Part shown: positions 20,719-30,837 of the stretch, piece by piece
Layout: every line of letters starts with the position of its first letter
Numbering within the stretch: position 1 is the stretch's first letter
From: a virus
Reading direction: 5' to 3' (one strand)
Length of the DNA stretch: 36,131 nucleotides
IMG/VR virus record: IMGVR_UViG_3300011013_000004
Span: 1-36,131 of that record
The notes under the pieces: generated by a model
Told to the model about the DNA's origin: nothing
Databases searched by the model: none
The model's input: the letters and a program-made list of their open reading frames with translations, nothing else
Made by a program: the position numbers and the translations under genes

Positions 20719-21227
20719 TGAAGGATAGATTAATAAAAATTTTAATAGCTGCTTTGTCAGAGGAATTAATAAATCAAGGACACAAGAATACTGGTTCATT
20801 GATTAAGAGTTTTGAAGGTAGATTAATGGCAGACGGATTAGGTGTGGAGATATGGGGAAATAAATATGCTCACTATTTAGATAAGGGCGTTAAATGGCAC
20901 AAGAAAAGCAAAAGACCACCAGTCAAGCCGTTAATAGAATACTTCAGACAAAAGGGATCACCAGACCCAAAGGCAGCAGCATTTGCAACGATAGCAGTAT
21001 GGAAGAAAGGCGGTATGCCGACTGCAAATAGTTTTAAAAAATCAAAGACAGGAAAGAGAAAAGGTTTCATAAAAGAAGCGTTAAAAAGAAACAATAAAAA
21101 AATAGAGAAAGAAATGTTTTCCGACGCTACAAGGAAAATGAATAAACAAATTAGTAAAATCTTCAACCAATTAGAAACACACGGAGGTGGTAGCGGTTTT
21201 GGTGGTGGGGGAGTATGGGTATTTTAA
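20718..21227 (+). CDS. HK97 gp10-like head-tail/tail component
   Basis: NTGSLIKSFEG...GVEIWGNKYAHYLDKGV fits the gp10-family pattern (tGxLxxS...YAxyxExG). ATG 20718 (TAATG) is preferred to the track start at 20691. Confidence 0.55.
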   Translation: MKDRLIKILIAALSEELINQGHKNTGSLIKSFEGRLMADGLGVEIWGNKYAHYLDKGVKWHKKSKRPPVKPLIEYFRQKGSPDPKAAAFATIAVWKKGGMPTANSFKKSKTGKRKGFIKEALKRNNKKIEKEMFSDATRKMNKQISKIFNQLETHGGGSGFGGGGVWVF

Positions 21228-21230
21228 ATT

Positions 21231-22376
21231 ATGGCACTAAGTATAACAACAAGTCCTTACACTATTATTCCTGCATATAATCCTATTGTCTGGACAATAG
21301 ATTCAAGCAGTCCAACAATAGTAAGGGTAATAGCAGACGTATATGTTGATGGAACAAAGAGGGCAAGTATAGACAAAGACCCACGATTCGGAACAACTGC
21401 GACGTTTGATTTTGATATTCAGAGTGTTTGTCAGGATTACTTAACGGAAAATCTGGAATCAATTACAGGAAACTCAACGATAGATGCAGACAATTCAGAA
21501 GTAAAGATTAAGTTAGAATTATACGAAGTAGTTTTGACTGCCGGGTTATTGGTTACTGCTTGGGAAGAAGATGGAACAGGAACACCAGACCTTACAACCT
21601 CTTTTCACTGGGCGGTAAATGCTGCACTTCAGCACGAAGAAACACAAAATATCAATGCATACGTTCTTAGTTCGGCAACTCAATTATTCTTAACGCACTC
21701 ACCGAGAACGCTAAACTTAGAAAGAACAGAAACGGCACAATTACATTTTCTGAGCCACGAGGTAACTTTAACAACAAGGATTGCTTCTTATGATAGTTCA
21801 GATGTATTAGTGGCAACGACAACGGCAGCTTCATCACCAACAGACAAAGCGTCAATTACTTTAATAGATGGCAGTACGTTCACTGCATCTACGGCTTACA
21901 TTTTGGTCTATGTTGTGGATTCTCTTGCAGCAACAATATCAGAAACCCTACGCTATAATATAATAGATAATAATTGCAACGATAACGCTTTAAGGTTAAA
22001 GTGGGTTAATCCTTTGGGTGGAATAGATGCTTATACCTTCAATGCTGAAAGACGAGAAGAATTAAGATTTACTTCAAGGACATACGAAAAAGTAATTGAG
22101 CAAGGATATGCCGTACAAGATAGGGGAGATACAATACTAAAAACAACAGGCAAGGACTCTATTGAGATATTTTCTAAGGTTCTAACAAAGGCAGAATTAG
22201 AGTGGCTCAGTCAGATAGGAATATCTAACAACGTATGGATAGACGAAGGGGATAATGTTTTTGTACCAGTTATTGTAACGTCAAGAAAAGTCAAGACGTT
22301 AAATTCAAGCAATAAAATCTTCCAAGCAAACTTTAAGCTGATAAAAGCAAATGAACGCATAACACACAAAGGGTGA
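21231..22376 (+). CDS. Tail/baseplate structural protein (381 aa), family unknown
   Basis: Large ORF coupled (GTGA) to the 949-aa tail protein. Thr/Ser-rich, beta-type composition. Confidence 0.55.
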   Translation: MALSITTSPYTIIPAYNPIVWTIDSSSPTIVRVIADVYVDGTKRASIDKDPRFGTTATFDFDIQSVCQDYLTENLESITGNSTIDADNSEVKIKLELYEVVLTAGLLVTAWEEDGTGTPDLTTSFHWAVNAALQHEETQNINAYVLSSATQLFLTHSPRTLNLERTETAQLHFLSHEVTLTTRIASYDSSDVLVATTTAASSPTDKASITLIDGSTFTASTAYILVYVVDSLAATISETLRYNIIDNNCNDNALRLKWVNPLGGIDAYTFNAERREELRFTSRTYEKVIEQGYAVQDRGDTILKTTGKDSIEIFSKVLTKAELEWLSQIGISNNVWIDEGDNVFVPVIVTSRKVKTLNSSNKIFQANFKLIKANERITHKG

Positions 22377-25222
22377 GGACTAAGTTAGAAATAAGAGATA
22401 CGGATAATGATATTCTGGGAACGATAGACATAGGCAAAGACGAGGATTTTCCTTTTACGCTTACCAAAAGATTAGCCAGTTTGAACAATATTTCTAAGCG
22501 TGGCGGTGCTTATTCAAAGACGTTTAAAGTGCCTTCTACGAAAGAAAATAATCAGTTACTACATTACCTATACTCAACCAACCAAAAGGTCGTAGATGGC
22601 TTTAGAGAACGCAAGACGGCTAATGTATTAGTAGATGACATTATAATAGAAAGAGGTTATGTAAAGATAACAGATATTGAAGTTAAGAATAAGACGGAAT
22701 ATTATGTTATGACTTTCTTCGGTGATAACGTCCAATGGATGACCGACCTTGCAGAAACTCAATTACCTGACTTGGATTATAATTATCCATTTGCTTCTGT
22801 TGTTTATAGTGATACAAATATTGCTAATAGTTGGTCACAAACTTATGACGATGGATGGGATATTATTTACCCTTGGATTTGTTACGGAGAATATGAAAAT
22901 GGAACAACCCTAACGACAGAAGATTTTTATCCTGCGTTACGTTACAGAGCAATAGTGGAAAGGGCTTTAAATAAGGTAGGATATAATTTAAGTTCTGCGT
23001 TTATGGACACGGCAGATTTCAAGCAGTTAATCTTTCCGTTTGTAGGTGAGAAGTTCGAATTATCTCAGGCAGTAGTTGATGACAAACTATTCAGAGCATC
23101 TTTCAGTTCGTCAGGTTCAGTAACGACTTATTATTGCGACCTCGACACAAACAATTTAGGACAACAGGGACTGGTTTCTTTATTGGCTTTTGATGACGAT
23201 TCCACTGGTGATAATTTTGATACTGGTGGGAATTATGACACTACTAACAATGAATACACAATCTCTAAGAAAGGAAAGTATAGGTTTAGAATTACCTTAG
23301 ACCCCTATCAATCAAGCACACCAAATGTTCAGTTGGGAGTATTCTTATATAAAAATGGTTCAGCGTTAGATACTATTTATCCGTATTCTATTATAACAGG
23401 AAAAGAAGTAAGGGAATCAGGATATTATGAATTTAATAATGGTGACAAAGTACAAGCAAGAATAGGTTTATTAGGCAGACCACCAGTAATAAAAGTAACA
23501 AATAGTACAGGAAATTTTATAGATGGAGAAACCATAACTGGAGGAACAACGGGGTTTCAGGCAGAGGTAGTATTAAATGTAACTGCAAGGGATAATTTAA
23601 CCCCTACGACAGACCAGATATTACGACTTAAGATTAAGCATACTGGAACACCAGACCCTGAATTTGATTGGTTCGACGTGGCGTTTGGACCAGAAACAAT
23701 TACTGGTTCTATCTCAGGAGTAACAGGACAAGCAGCACACTATTATTATAGTCAAAACGACTATACGCCAGACCCCTTAAGTTATGACTATATAAAATTC
23801 AAACCTTTTGGTTCTTATTTCGAACTAATAGATATGAATAAACAAATTCTCGAAGGTGAGGAATATGTGATAGCAGATGTAGTGCCTGATATTAACGTAC
23901 TGGATTTGTTTGCAGATATTACTAAAATATTCAATCTTTATTGGTACACGGATAACAAGACAAAAACAATATACGTAGAGGAAAGGGATAGTTTCTTTCA
24001 AGCAATAACAACTGGCGTAGATTGGACTAAGAAGTTAGCTATTGACAAGGAAGAAAAGATTAAGTTTATAACCGACTATAAAAGGGATTTATTATTTAAG
24101 TATGCAGAAGATTCTAACGATAAATTCTTAGCAGAGAGGAACGAACAGAAGGTATATTCTAATAACTTATATTGTTCTTATAAACATACGTTTCCTGACA
24201 GATTTCCAAAAGGACAAGACAACTTAGAAACAAGCGTAATAGCACCTACTTATATAATCCACGATGACAGAGCAGTAGCAAATCCAAACACAACAAACTA
24301 CGGAATTACTGCGAGAATGTGGAATGAATCGACGTTAGGACACCCCCCCAAGTCACTTGCTTTTCAGCCGAGAATACTAAACTTCCAACACGGAACACAG
24401 ACAATAGATGGAGATACGCTTTATATTAATGTAGATGGAGTAAACTACTCAAATATTCCTTCAGCTTTGCCTATTGAGGTATTCGGAAACTCAGTACCTT
24501 ATTCATTGAGTTTTGCACAGGACGATGGCTTGTTTAAGACCTATTACGATAGGACAATGACCATAATAGAAGATGGTATTCAATTACAAGCATATTTTGA
24601 TCTAAGTCCTAACGATTATCAGACGTTAGACATACGTAAACCGATATACTTAAACAACCCAGAAGAAGTACAAGGGTATTGGATTATTGACACAATAAGT
24701 GATTATAGTCCTTTTAAACCACTAACAAAGGTGACGTTATTGAAATATCATAATCAAGACGACACAGAAACAAAGATAGTTATAGATACTGGCTGGAGTC
24801 CACCACCTTTTCCAGACCCAACGGGCGGTGACTTTCCACAAGAACGCAGACAGATAGTAAGCGAAGGAACAAGCACAGACGGAACAACCCCCAACGGAAG
24901 TAACCCTGAGAAAATGGGTATGGTAGTAAACAATGGAACAGGCAACAAAGCTGCAAAAGGTTCTGGTTCTTTGGCACTTGGTCAGGGATGCGTTGCGAAA
25001 TATAGCAATCAAACTTTCTTAGGAAGTTATCCAGAAATAACAGACGATAAAATTGCAATAGGAGTAGGCACAGAGAACGAAAGAGTAACAGGATTAAGAG
25101 TAGATTCAGAGGGCGACTTAACATTGTATGGTGGAGAAGTTTACATCATAAATACAAGCGGAGAAAGAGTACCAGTAACTATTGAATCAAACGAAAAAGT
25201 TAAAAAAATATATCTTAAGTAA
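22373..25222 (+). CDS. Large tail protein (949 aa), putative distal-tail or host-specificity protein
   Basis: Size, position next to the tape measure, and GTGA/TAATG coupling. No catalytic motif recognised. Confidence 0.6.
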   Translation: MRTKLEIRDTDNDILGTIDIGKDEDFPFTLTKRLASLNNISKRGGAYSKTFKVPSTKENNQLLHYLYSTNQKVVDGFRERKTANVLVDDIIIERGYVKITDIEVKNKTEYYVMTFFGDNVQWMTDLAETQLPDLDYNYPFASVVYSDTNIANSWSQTYDDGWDIIYPWICYGEYENGTTLTTEDFYPALRYRAIVERALNKVGYNLSSAFMDTADFKQLIFPFVGEKFELSQAVVDDKLFRASFSSSGSVTTYYCDLDTNNLGQQGLVSLLAFDDDSTGDNFDTGGNYDTTNNEYTISKKGKYRFRITLDPYQSSTPNVQLGVFLYKNGSALDTIYPYSIITGKEVRESGYYEFNNGDKVQARIGLLGRPPVIKVTNSTGNFIDGETITGGTTGFQAEVVLNVTARDNLTPTTDQILRLKIKHTGTPDPEFDWFDVAFGPETITGSISGVTGQAAHYYYSQNDYTPDPLSYDYIKFKPFGSYFELIDMNKQILEGEEYVIADVVPDINVLDLFADITKIFNLYWYTDNKTKTIYVEERDSFFQAITTGVDWTKKLAIDKEEKIKFITDYKRDLLFKYAEDSNDKFLAERNEQKVYSNNLYCSYKHTFPDRFPKGQDNLETSVIAPTYIIHDDRAVANPNTTNYGITARMWNESTLGHPPKSLAFQPRILNFQHGTQTIDGDTLYINVDGVNYSNIPSALPIEVFGNSVPYSLSFAQDDGLFKTYYDRTMTIIEDGIQLQAYFDLSPNDYQTLDIRKPIYLNNPEEVQGYWIIDTISDYSPFKPLTKVTLLKYHNQDDTETKIVIDTGWSPPPFPDPTGGDFPQERRQIVSEGTSTDGTTPNGSNPEKMGMVVNNGTGNKAAKGSGSLALGQGCVAKYSNQTFLGSYPEITDDKIAIGVGTENERVTGLRVDSEGDLTLYGGEVYIINTSGERVPVTIESNEKVKKIYLK

Positions 25223-28092
25223 TGGCAGAATCAGTTAAAGTATTAGGTGTAAGAGTAGATGTAGGTCAGGCACGGCAACGGCTTGGAGAATTGACTAACG
25301 CTATGGGGGTTCTAAAGAACCAGAAATCAAAGTTAGACAAACAGATGCGTCAGGGTAAACAACTTACCAGAGCACAACAGATGGAATATGCCAAACTAAC
25401 AGGGCAAATCCAAAAGACAAAAGTTCAGACCAAACAATACTCTAACGCACTTGCAATCCAAAATGGAACAATGGCAAAGACCTCTGGCTTTGTTATGGGA
25501 ATCAGAAAAGCACTTACTGGAATGGCAGGTCAGTTTCTTGGAGTAATGGCAGCGTTTATGTTAGTCAAGAATGTAATAGGAGTGTTTAAAGATTTTGAAC
25601 AAGCCAACGCAGATTTAGCAGCCGTATTAGGAAAGACAAGTGACGAAATAACAGACCTTTCAGAAGATGCAAAAAGATTAGGTGCAAGTACGGCTTTTAC
25701 GGCAACAGAAGTCAGTCAATTACAAAAAGAGTTTGCGAAGTTGGGATTTAGTACAAATGAAATATTAAACGCAACAGAAGCCACGCTTAACCTTGCAGCA
25801 GCGACAGGAACAGATTTAGCAAGGGCAGCCGAAGTTGCCGGTTCAACTACGAGAGCATTTGGTTTAAGTGCTAAAGAAACCCAAAGAGTAACGGACGTAA
25901 TGGCAAAGTCCTTTTCTTCAAGTGCTTTAGATATGGAGAAATTTGCTACTTCAATGAGGGCAGTCGCACCAGTAGCAAAGAACGCAGGGTTAAATATAGA
26001 ACAAACTACTTCAATGTTGGGCGTTTTAGTTGATAGGGGAGTAGATGCTTCAACGGCAGGTACATCATTGAGAAACGTCTTTTTAGAACTAAGTAAACAA
26101 GGATTGACGTTTGAGGAAGCTATGGAAAAGATAAACACCTCAACCGATAAGAACAAAACTGCTTTAGAGTTGTTTGGAAAGAGGGGTGCAGTCGTGGGAA
26201 CTATCCTTGCTGAAACTGGCGAAGATGCAGCTATTTTAGAGGAAAAATTAAACAATGCGGGGGGTGCTGCAAAGAAAATGGCAGACACTCAGTTAAACAC
26301 TTTGCAAGGTGCTTTGACATTATTAAATTCAGCTTGGGAGGGATTTATTTTAAGCATAGAAGATGGACAAGGAGTTATAGGTGGAACACTACGGGGTATA
26401 ATAGATATAACTACGAATCTATTATCTATGATGGCAGCAACCGATAAGGCGAAAGAATCAACTCAGGTTCTATTTAAAGAAAATACTAAAAATATATCAA
26501 AGGCAAATGATTTAAAATCCGAATACGAGTCCCTTGCCGAAAAAACAAATTTAACCACCGAAGAAAGCAGAAGATTATCAACAATTACTGGTGAACTTTC
26601 TGATATGTTTGGAACGTCGGTTGTTAATATAGACAAGGAAACTGGTGCTTTATCTTTAAATACAACAGAACTTGTTAAACAAATAGCAATAAGACAAGCA
26701 CTACAAAGTGAACAGGCGAAAGAATTACTTGCCGACAAGCTAAGGTTTGAAACCCAACTATCAAGAATTGAGAGTAACAAGGAATGGTTAAAACAACTAA
26801 AACAATCAAAGGACGTTTCCTTAACTATTTTAGATATTCTGAAGGATGAAGCAGGTGCAATAGGAATGAGCACAACCCAAACGGGCAATCTTTCTTATGA
26901 AGTAACTAAATTAAGTGACGCAGAACAATTATTAGTAGAAAGAATAAGAAAGGCACAAGCAAGTATATCAGCCGAAACAATAGCTAAACAACAATTAGCA
27001 AATGTAAACGAAACATTATTGGAAAGTGGGATTGATTTAGAAGCTATTGCCTTACAGGAAATTGAAACCTCAAATAACAAAACTACCACAATAGTAGAAA
27101 ATACTGAACAAGAGGGAAAAGCAAAAGAGAAAGCAGCAAACGATTTATTAAAACTTACGGCACAATTATTAAACGAGATTGACCAGTTAGAAATTGATGC
27201 TATCCAAAATAAACAAGAAAGAGAAGAAACACAAGCACTATTTGACTTTGAAAATAAGTTAAATAAAATAGAGGGGGAGAGTGAATTAGAAAATCAATTA
27301 CGCACGGCTTTAGAGGAACAATTAGAATTAGACCTACAAGCAATTAGGGATAAATATGCCGACATTGAAAGTGAAAAGGAAAAGAAAGAAACAGAAGAAT
27401 CATTAAAAAGACAAGAAGAATCCTTTAAGAAAAAAGAAGCACTTGCTATGGGATTTGCCAATGACGTTGGAAGGGTATTAGGTGAAGCCATTGCAGGTGG
27501 TGAAGATGCACAAAGAAACTTTGGCAGGTCACTTGCTTTGTCTGGATTAAAAACCTTAGAAAATGTAATCAATCTGGCTATTGCTGAAGCTACTGCAAGG
27601 TCGTTAGCAAGTGCGGAAAGTGTTGCGACATTTGGTGCTGCTGGAGTAGCAAAGTCAGCACTATTGGCTACCTTAATAAAAGCAGCTTTTACGGCAGCGA
27701 AAGTAGGAATAAGTGCTAAAATGGAACGAGGTGGAGTATTACAAGGCAAGAGCCACGCAAGAGGTGGAATACCTACCATTGACGGACAATACGAGTTCGA
27801 GGGTGGGGAAGCCGTTATAAACAAGCGTAGCACGGCTAAATATGGTGCTTTGTTAAGTAGCATAAATCAAGCAGGGGGTGGAGTAGCTTTCTCAAATGGA
27901 GGAATAACAAAATTTCAGCAAGGAGGAATACCCGCACCTATTAGTTTTCCAGAAAGTCCGACAGATATTTCTGGCACTACTGAGCAATTTGTTTCACAGA
28001 TGGACACTATAAAAGTAGTTAATGTAGTGACTGATACAACCGAGCAACAGGCAAGTGTATTGAACGTAACAAACGAAGCAGAAATAGGATAA
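25222..28092 (+). CDS. Tail tape measure protein (TP901-family core)
   Basis: Core block AKSFSSSALDMEKFATSMRAVAPVAKNAGLNIEQTTSMLGVLVDRGVDASTAGTSLRNVFLEL. Long coiled-coil middle section. Gly-rich C-terminus GKSHARGGIP...EGGEAVIN. Confidence 0.9.
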   Translation: MAESVKVLGVRVDVGQARQRLGELTNAMGVLKNQKSKLDKQMRQGKQLTRAQQMEYAKLTGQIQKTKVQTKQYSNALAIQNGTMAKTSGFVMGIRKALTGMAGQFLGVMAAFMLVKNVIGVFKDFEQANADLAAVLGKTSDEITDLSEDAKRLGASTAFTATEVSQLQKEFAKLGFSTNEILNATEATLNLAAATGTDLARAAEVAGSTTRAFGLSAKETQRVTDVMAKSFSSSALDMEKFATSMRAVAPVAKNAGLNIEQTTSMLGVLVDRGVDASTAGTSLRNVFLELSKQGLTFEEAMEKINTSTDKNKTALELFGKRGAVVGTILAETGEDAAILEEKLNNAGGAAKKMADTQLNTLQGALTLLNSAWEGFILSIEDGQGVIGGTLRGIIDITTNLLSMMAATDKAKESTQVLFKENTKNISKANDLKSEYESLAEKTNLTTEESRRLSTITGELSDMFGTSVVNIDKETGALSLNTTELVKQIAIRQALQSEQAKELLADKLRFETQLSRIESNKEWLKQLKQSKDVSLTILDILKDEAGAIGMSTTQTGNLSYEVTKLSDAEQLLVERIRKAQASISAETIAKQQLANVNETLLESGIDLEAIALQEIETSNNKTTTIVENTEQEGKAKEKAANDLLKLTAQLLNEIDQLEIDAIQNKQEREETQALFDFENKLNKIEGESELENQLRTALEEQLELDLQAIRDKYADIESEKEKKETEESLKRQEESFKKKEALAMGFANDVGRVLGEAIAGGEDAQRNFGRSLALSGLKTLENVINLAIAEATARSLASAESVATFGAAGVAKSALLATLIKAAFTAAKVGISAKMERGGVLQGKSHARGGIPTIDGQYEFEGGEAVINKRSTAKYGALLSSINQAGGGVAFSNGGITKFQQGGIPAPISFPESPTDISGTTEQFVSQMDTIKVVNVVTDTTEQQASVLNVTNEAEIG

Positions 28093-28098
28093 GATCTT

Positions 28099-28284
28099 AT
28101 GGATAGTTTATTTACTAATAAAGCCGAGAAGAAAAGAAGATACGACATTTGCAAGGAATGTATGTTTTTTAGGGAAGGTTACGAGTTTTTAGGATTTACT
28201 TTAAAGGTCGAAAAGTGTAACGATTGCGGATGTCCTATTGCTAATAAAATAACTATTAAAAGTCCAAAATGCCAACTACATTAG
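28099..28284 (+). CDS. Small Cys-rich (zinc-ribbon-like) protein (61 aa)
   Basis: CKEC...CNDCGC...C pattern. Confidence 0.45.
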   Translation: MDSLFTNKAEKKRRYDICKECMFFREGYEFLGFTLKVEKCNDCGCPIANKITIKSPKCQLH

Positions 28285-28505
28285 AAGAAAGAGCCGACCT
28301 AATAAGCGACGAAGAAAAGAGAGAAATATTACACTCTTATAAGAAAGTAAAAGGTAAGATGTACGCAGACAGGACGGAACTTGAAACCCTATTTAATAAG
28401 TTTGATAAATACATTGAACCCTATCCACTTAAAAATATGTCTTGTAATGATTGCAGGGTGATGATATTAAGATTCTGGAAACGAGCAATAGAACTATGGA
28501 AGTAA
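28269..28505 (+). CDS. Small protein (78 aa), unknown function
   Basis: ATG ORF overlapping its neighbour by 16 nt. Single CNDC pair. Confidence 0.45.
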   Translation: MPTTLEERADLISDEEKREILHSYKKVKGKMYADRTELETLFNKFDKYIEPYPLKNMSCNDCRVMILRFWKRAIELWK

Positions 28506-28510
28506 CTTAT

Positions 28511-28750
28511 ATGGACTTAATAAAAGAATACGCTAAACAATTTGAAGATAATATCTCAGAGAAAGTTATCTATCAAATGGCAAAGGATAATCTAATCGAC
28601 AAAAAAGCCATAAGAAACAAAGCTATTATTGGAGATTATGACAAGATGCTTGTAGGTGGAAAAATGAGTATGACTGATATATACGACGACCTTTCTTTTA
28701 AGTATAATCTTTCCTTAAGAATGATACAGGAAATAGTATGGAAGAAATAA
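28511..28750 (+). CDS. Mor / sigma-region-4-like HTH protein (putative late regulator, 79 aa)
   Basis: IRNKAIIGDYDKML...MTDIYDDLSFKYNLSLRMIQEIV follows the Mor-type pattern RNxxIxxxF/Y...LAxKYxLSxRxIxxI. ATG 28511 is preferred to the track start at 28451. Confidence 0.4.
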   Translation: MDLIKEYAKQFEDNISEKVIYQMAKDNLIDKKAIRNKAIIGDYDKMLVGGKMSMTDIYDDLSFKYNLSLRMIQEIVWKK

Positions 28751-28753
28751 AGT

Positions 28754-28766
28754 GCAATGTCATTGC
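28754..28766. promoter_or_regulatory. Perfect palindrome GCAATGtCATTGC (operator-like)
   Basis: gcaatg (28754-28759), t, cattgc (28761-28766), in the 51-bp gap upstream of the protease gene. Confidence 0.4.
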
Positions 28767-28789
28767 GTAGAAATTAAAATTCCTTAAAC

Positions 28790-28797
28790 TATTTTTG
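28790..28797 (+). promoter_or_regulatory. -7 box TAttTTTG placed 4 nt before the ATG of the protease gene (possible leaderless transcript)
   Basis: TATTTTTGTCCTATG at 28790-28804, the same architecture as 14636-14650. The only TTG upstream is at 28763-28765, giving a 24-nt spacer that is slightly long. Confidence 0.35.
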
Positions 28798-28801
28798 TCC
28801 T

Positions 28802-29791
28802 ATGCGACATTTTGAGATTAAAGCATCTTCAGACCTCACAGAAATTGACATCTTTGGACAGATTGGTGATTCTTTCTTTGACGAGGGAAACACTTTAGAG
28901 TCAGTTAAATCAGAACTCGAAAACACACAAACAGAGCTTGTAGTAAACATTGCATCTTTAGGCGGTAGTGCTTTTGAGGGTTTGGCAATCCACGACTTAA
29001 TCGCTTCACACCCTTTTAATACGAAAGTAAATATAATAGGAGCAACGGCTTCGGCAGGTGCAGTTATATCAATGGCAGGGGATGAAGTAGAGATTAGCGA
29101 AAACTCACTTTTTTTAATTCATAACTCTCACACCTTAGCACAAGGAAATGCAGAAGATTTTGAAAGCGTTGCAGACGATATGCGTAAGATTGATAACCGA
29201 ATGGTATCTATCTTTACTAAAAAGACAGGACAAAGCGAAGAAACAATCCGAGATATAATGAACGAAGATAAATTTCTAAGTCCTGAGGAGGCAAAGGAAC
29301 TGGGTTTTGTAAGTAATATAAAAGCACCAGTAAAGATTGCAGCAAAGATTAATAAAGAAAAGATAATTAATAGTTTTTTAACAAACAAACAAAAAGAACA
29401 AATACTTAACGATATGGACTTGAACCCACTAACGGCTCAGTTGAAAGACCTTACAGAAAAGGTGACCAACTTTATATCTGCAAACAAAGAAGTAAAGATT
29501 GCAGACGAAAACGAAATAACAAACGAAATTTCTGAGATAGCTACAACGCTTGACACTTTAGGAACAGAGAATCAGGAATTAGCAGAAACATTGACTTCAT
29601 TGAACGGAGAAAAAGAAACTCTTGTTGAAGCCAACAAAGCATTGTCGGAAGAACTTTCTAAGTACAAAGCAACACCAGTTGAAGTAGCACCAAAGGTGGA
29701 CACAGAGCCAACAGAGGAAACTGAAACTACTGAAGGAGTATTTGGAAACACTTTAAAGGCGATAATTTCAGCAAGATTAAAAGGATATTAA
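28802..29791 (+). CDS. ClpP-like (S14) prohead protease fused to a coiled-coil, acidic scaffold-like C-terminus
   Basis: LGGSAFEGLAIHDLI, IIGATASAGAVISMAGD (Ser nucleophile) and SLFLIHNSH (His) form the protease part. The C-terminal 130 or so residues are Glu/Lys/Thr-rich and heptad-like. Confidence 0.85.
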   Translation: MRHFEIKASSDLTEIDIFGQIGDSFFDEGNTLESVKSELENTQTELVVNIASLGGSAFEGLAIHDLIASHPFNTKVNIIGATASAGAVISMAGDEVEISENSLFLIHNSHTLAQGNAEDFESVADDMRKIDNRMVSIFTKKTGQSEETIRDIMNEDKFLSPEEAKELGFVSNIKAPVKIAAKINKEKIINSFLTNKQKEQILNDMDLNPLTAQLKDLTEKVTNFISANKEVKIADENEITNEISEIATTLDTLGTENQELAETLTSLNGEKETLVEANKALSEELSKYKATPVEVAPKVDTEPTEETETTEGVFGNTLKAIISARLKGY

Positions 29792-29810
29792 TTAATAATA
29801 AAAAAACAAA

Positions 29811-30818
29811 ATGGCAAATTCAGTTACAACAAGTTTTTCTCACACCTATAACGGAAGGGAATTTCTAACCGAGTTATTCTATAAGCCACAAGAAGGTGGT
29901 CAAGATGTATTCGGAATTTATAAAGTGATGCAAGTAGTGGACAAAACTAACTTGTACATACCGGGCAACCTTAGTAAGATTCTACGTAAGTACACAACTT
30001 GCGGATTCTCTCAGCAGGGTTCTTTGGCAATTTCAGACAGAACAATCTCAACGGCAAAAGTTAAGAGCAACTTAGAAGAATGTGAAGACGCTTTTGATGG
30101 CACTATCTTTGAAGAGGCAATTAAGCTTGGAGTTGATATTGACGACCTACAAGGAACAATCGTAGAGGACATTTTAAGAACGTCTTTAATGCGAGGACTT
30201 GAAAGCGATATTCCAAGAATTACTTGGTTTGCAGATGCAGCAGCAGGTTCTTCAGATTACGACCAGTTCGACGGATGGGTAGAGTTAATCCAAGATTCTT
30301 CAGCAAGTGTTGGTCAGTATTTGGATATGAACACAGATTCAAACATTGAGGTAGCTGGTGCAATGGTTGCTGATGGTGCAATTACACTATTCAGAAATAT
30401 GTACGAGAACCAAGCTAAGACCCTAAGAGCAGTTGATAGAGGTGCTAAGAAATTTTATGTTACTTCTTCCATAATGGACAACTATCTTACTACGTTAGAA
30501 GATACTCAAAACGAAAGAGGTCAGCTAAACTTAGAGGACGGCTCAACTATTGTTAAGTTTAGAGGAATCGAAGTAGTAGAGGTCAAAGGATGGGACACCC
30601 ACTTAGCAGACGTAGATAACCCACAAGCAGCAGCAGTAGGCGTTAATATGTGCGTTCTTACAACACCAGAAAACTTAATTGTTGGTGCTGATGTTATGAG
30701 TCCATCTAACGAAGTTAAAACTTGGTACTCTGACGACGACGAGGTAATCCGAATGAAAGTGAAATTTAAGTTAGGTGCTCAAATCTTGCACCCAGAGTTA
30801 ATCAGTTTCGCATACTAA
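29811..30818 (+). CDS. Major capsid protein (HK97-fold type, by position and pattern)
   Basis: 335-aa ORF directly after the protease-scaffold gene, with no overlap. The motif pattern (LEECEDAFDGT...DIDDLQGT...RITWFADA) resembles capsid proteins of Bacteroidota phages, from memory. Confidence 0.65.
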   Translation: MANSVTTSFSHTYNGREFLTELFYKPQEGGQDVFGIYKVMQVVDKTNLYIPGNLSKILRKYTTCGFSQQGSLAISDRTISTAKVKSNLEECEDAFDGTIFEEAIKLGVDIDDLQGTIVEDILRTSLMRGLESDIPRITWFADAAAGSSDYDQFDGWVELIQDSSASVGQYLDMNTDSNIEVAGAMVADGAITLFRNMYENQAKTLRAVDRGAKKFYVTSSIMDNYLTTLEDTQNERGQLNLEDGSTIVKFRGIEVVEVKGWDTHLADVDNPQAAAVGVNMCVLTTPENLIVGADVMSPSNEVKTWYSDDDEVIRMKVKFKLGAQILHPELISFAY

Positions 30819-30837
30819 TTTTTAAAACTAAGTAATA

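Noticed and set aside
25716-26288. 190-aa minus-strand ORF. The other long minus-strand ORFs are similar: 26463-26888, 27294-27863, 30828-31364, 993-1358, 7047-7391, 18419-18730, 24780-25124.
   Set aside because: All lie entirely antisense to well-supported + strand genes (tape measure, tube-like protein, terminase and others). They have the Ser/Ala/Phe/Leu-rich low-complexity composition expected of the antisense of Ala/Glu/Lys-rich genes, and no start context or motifs. I treat them as shadow ORFs.
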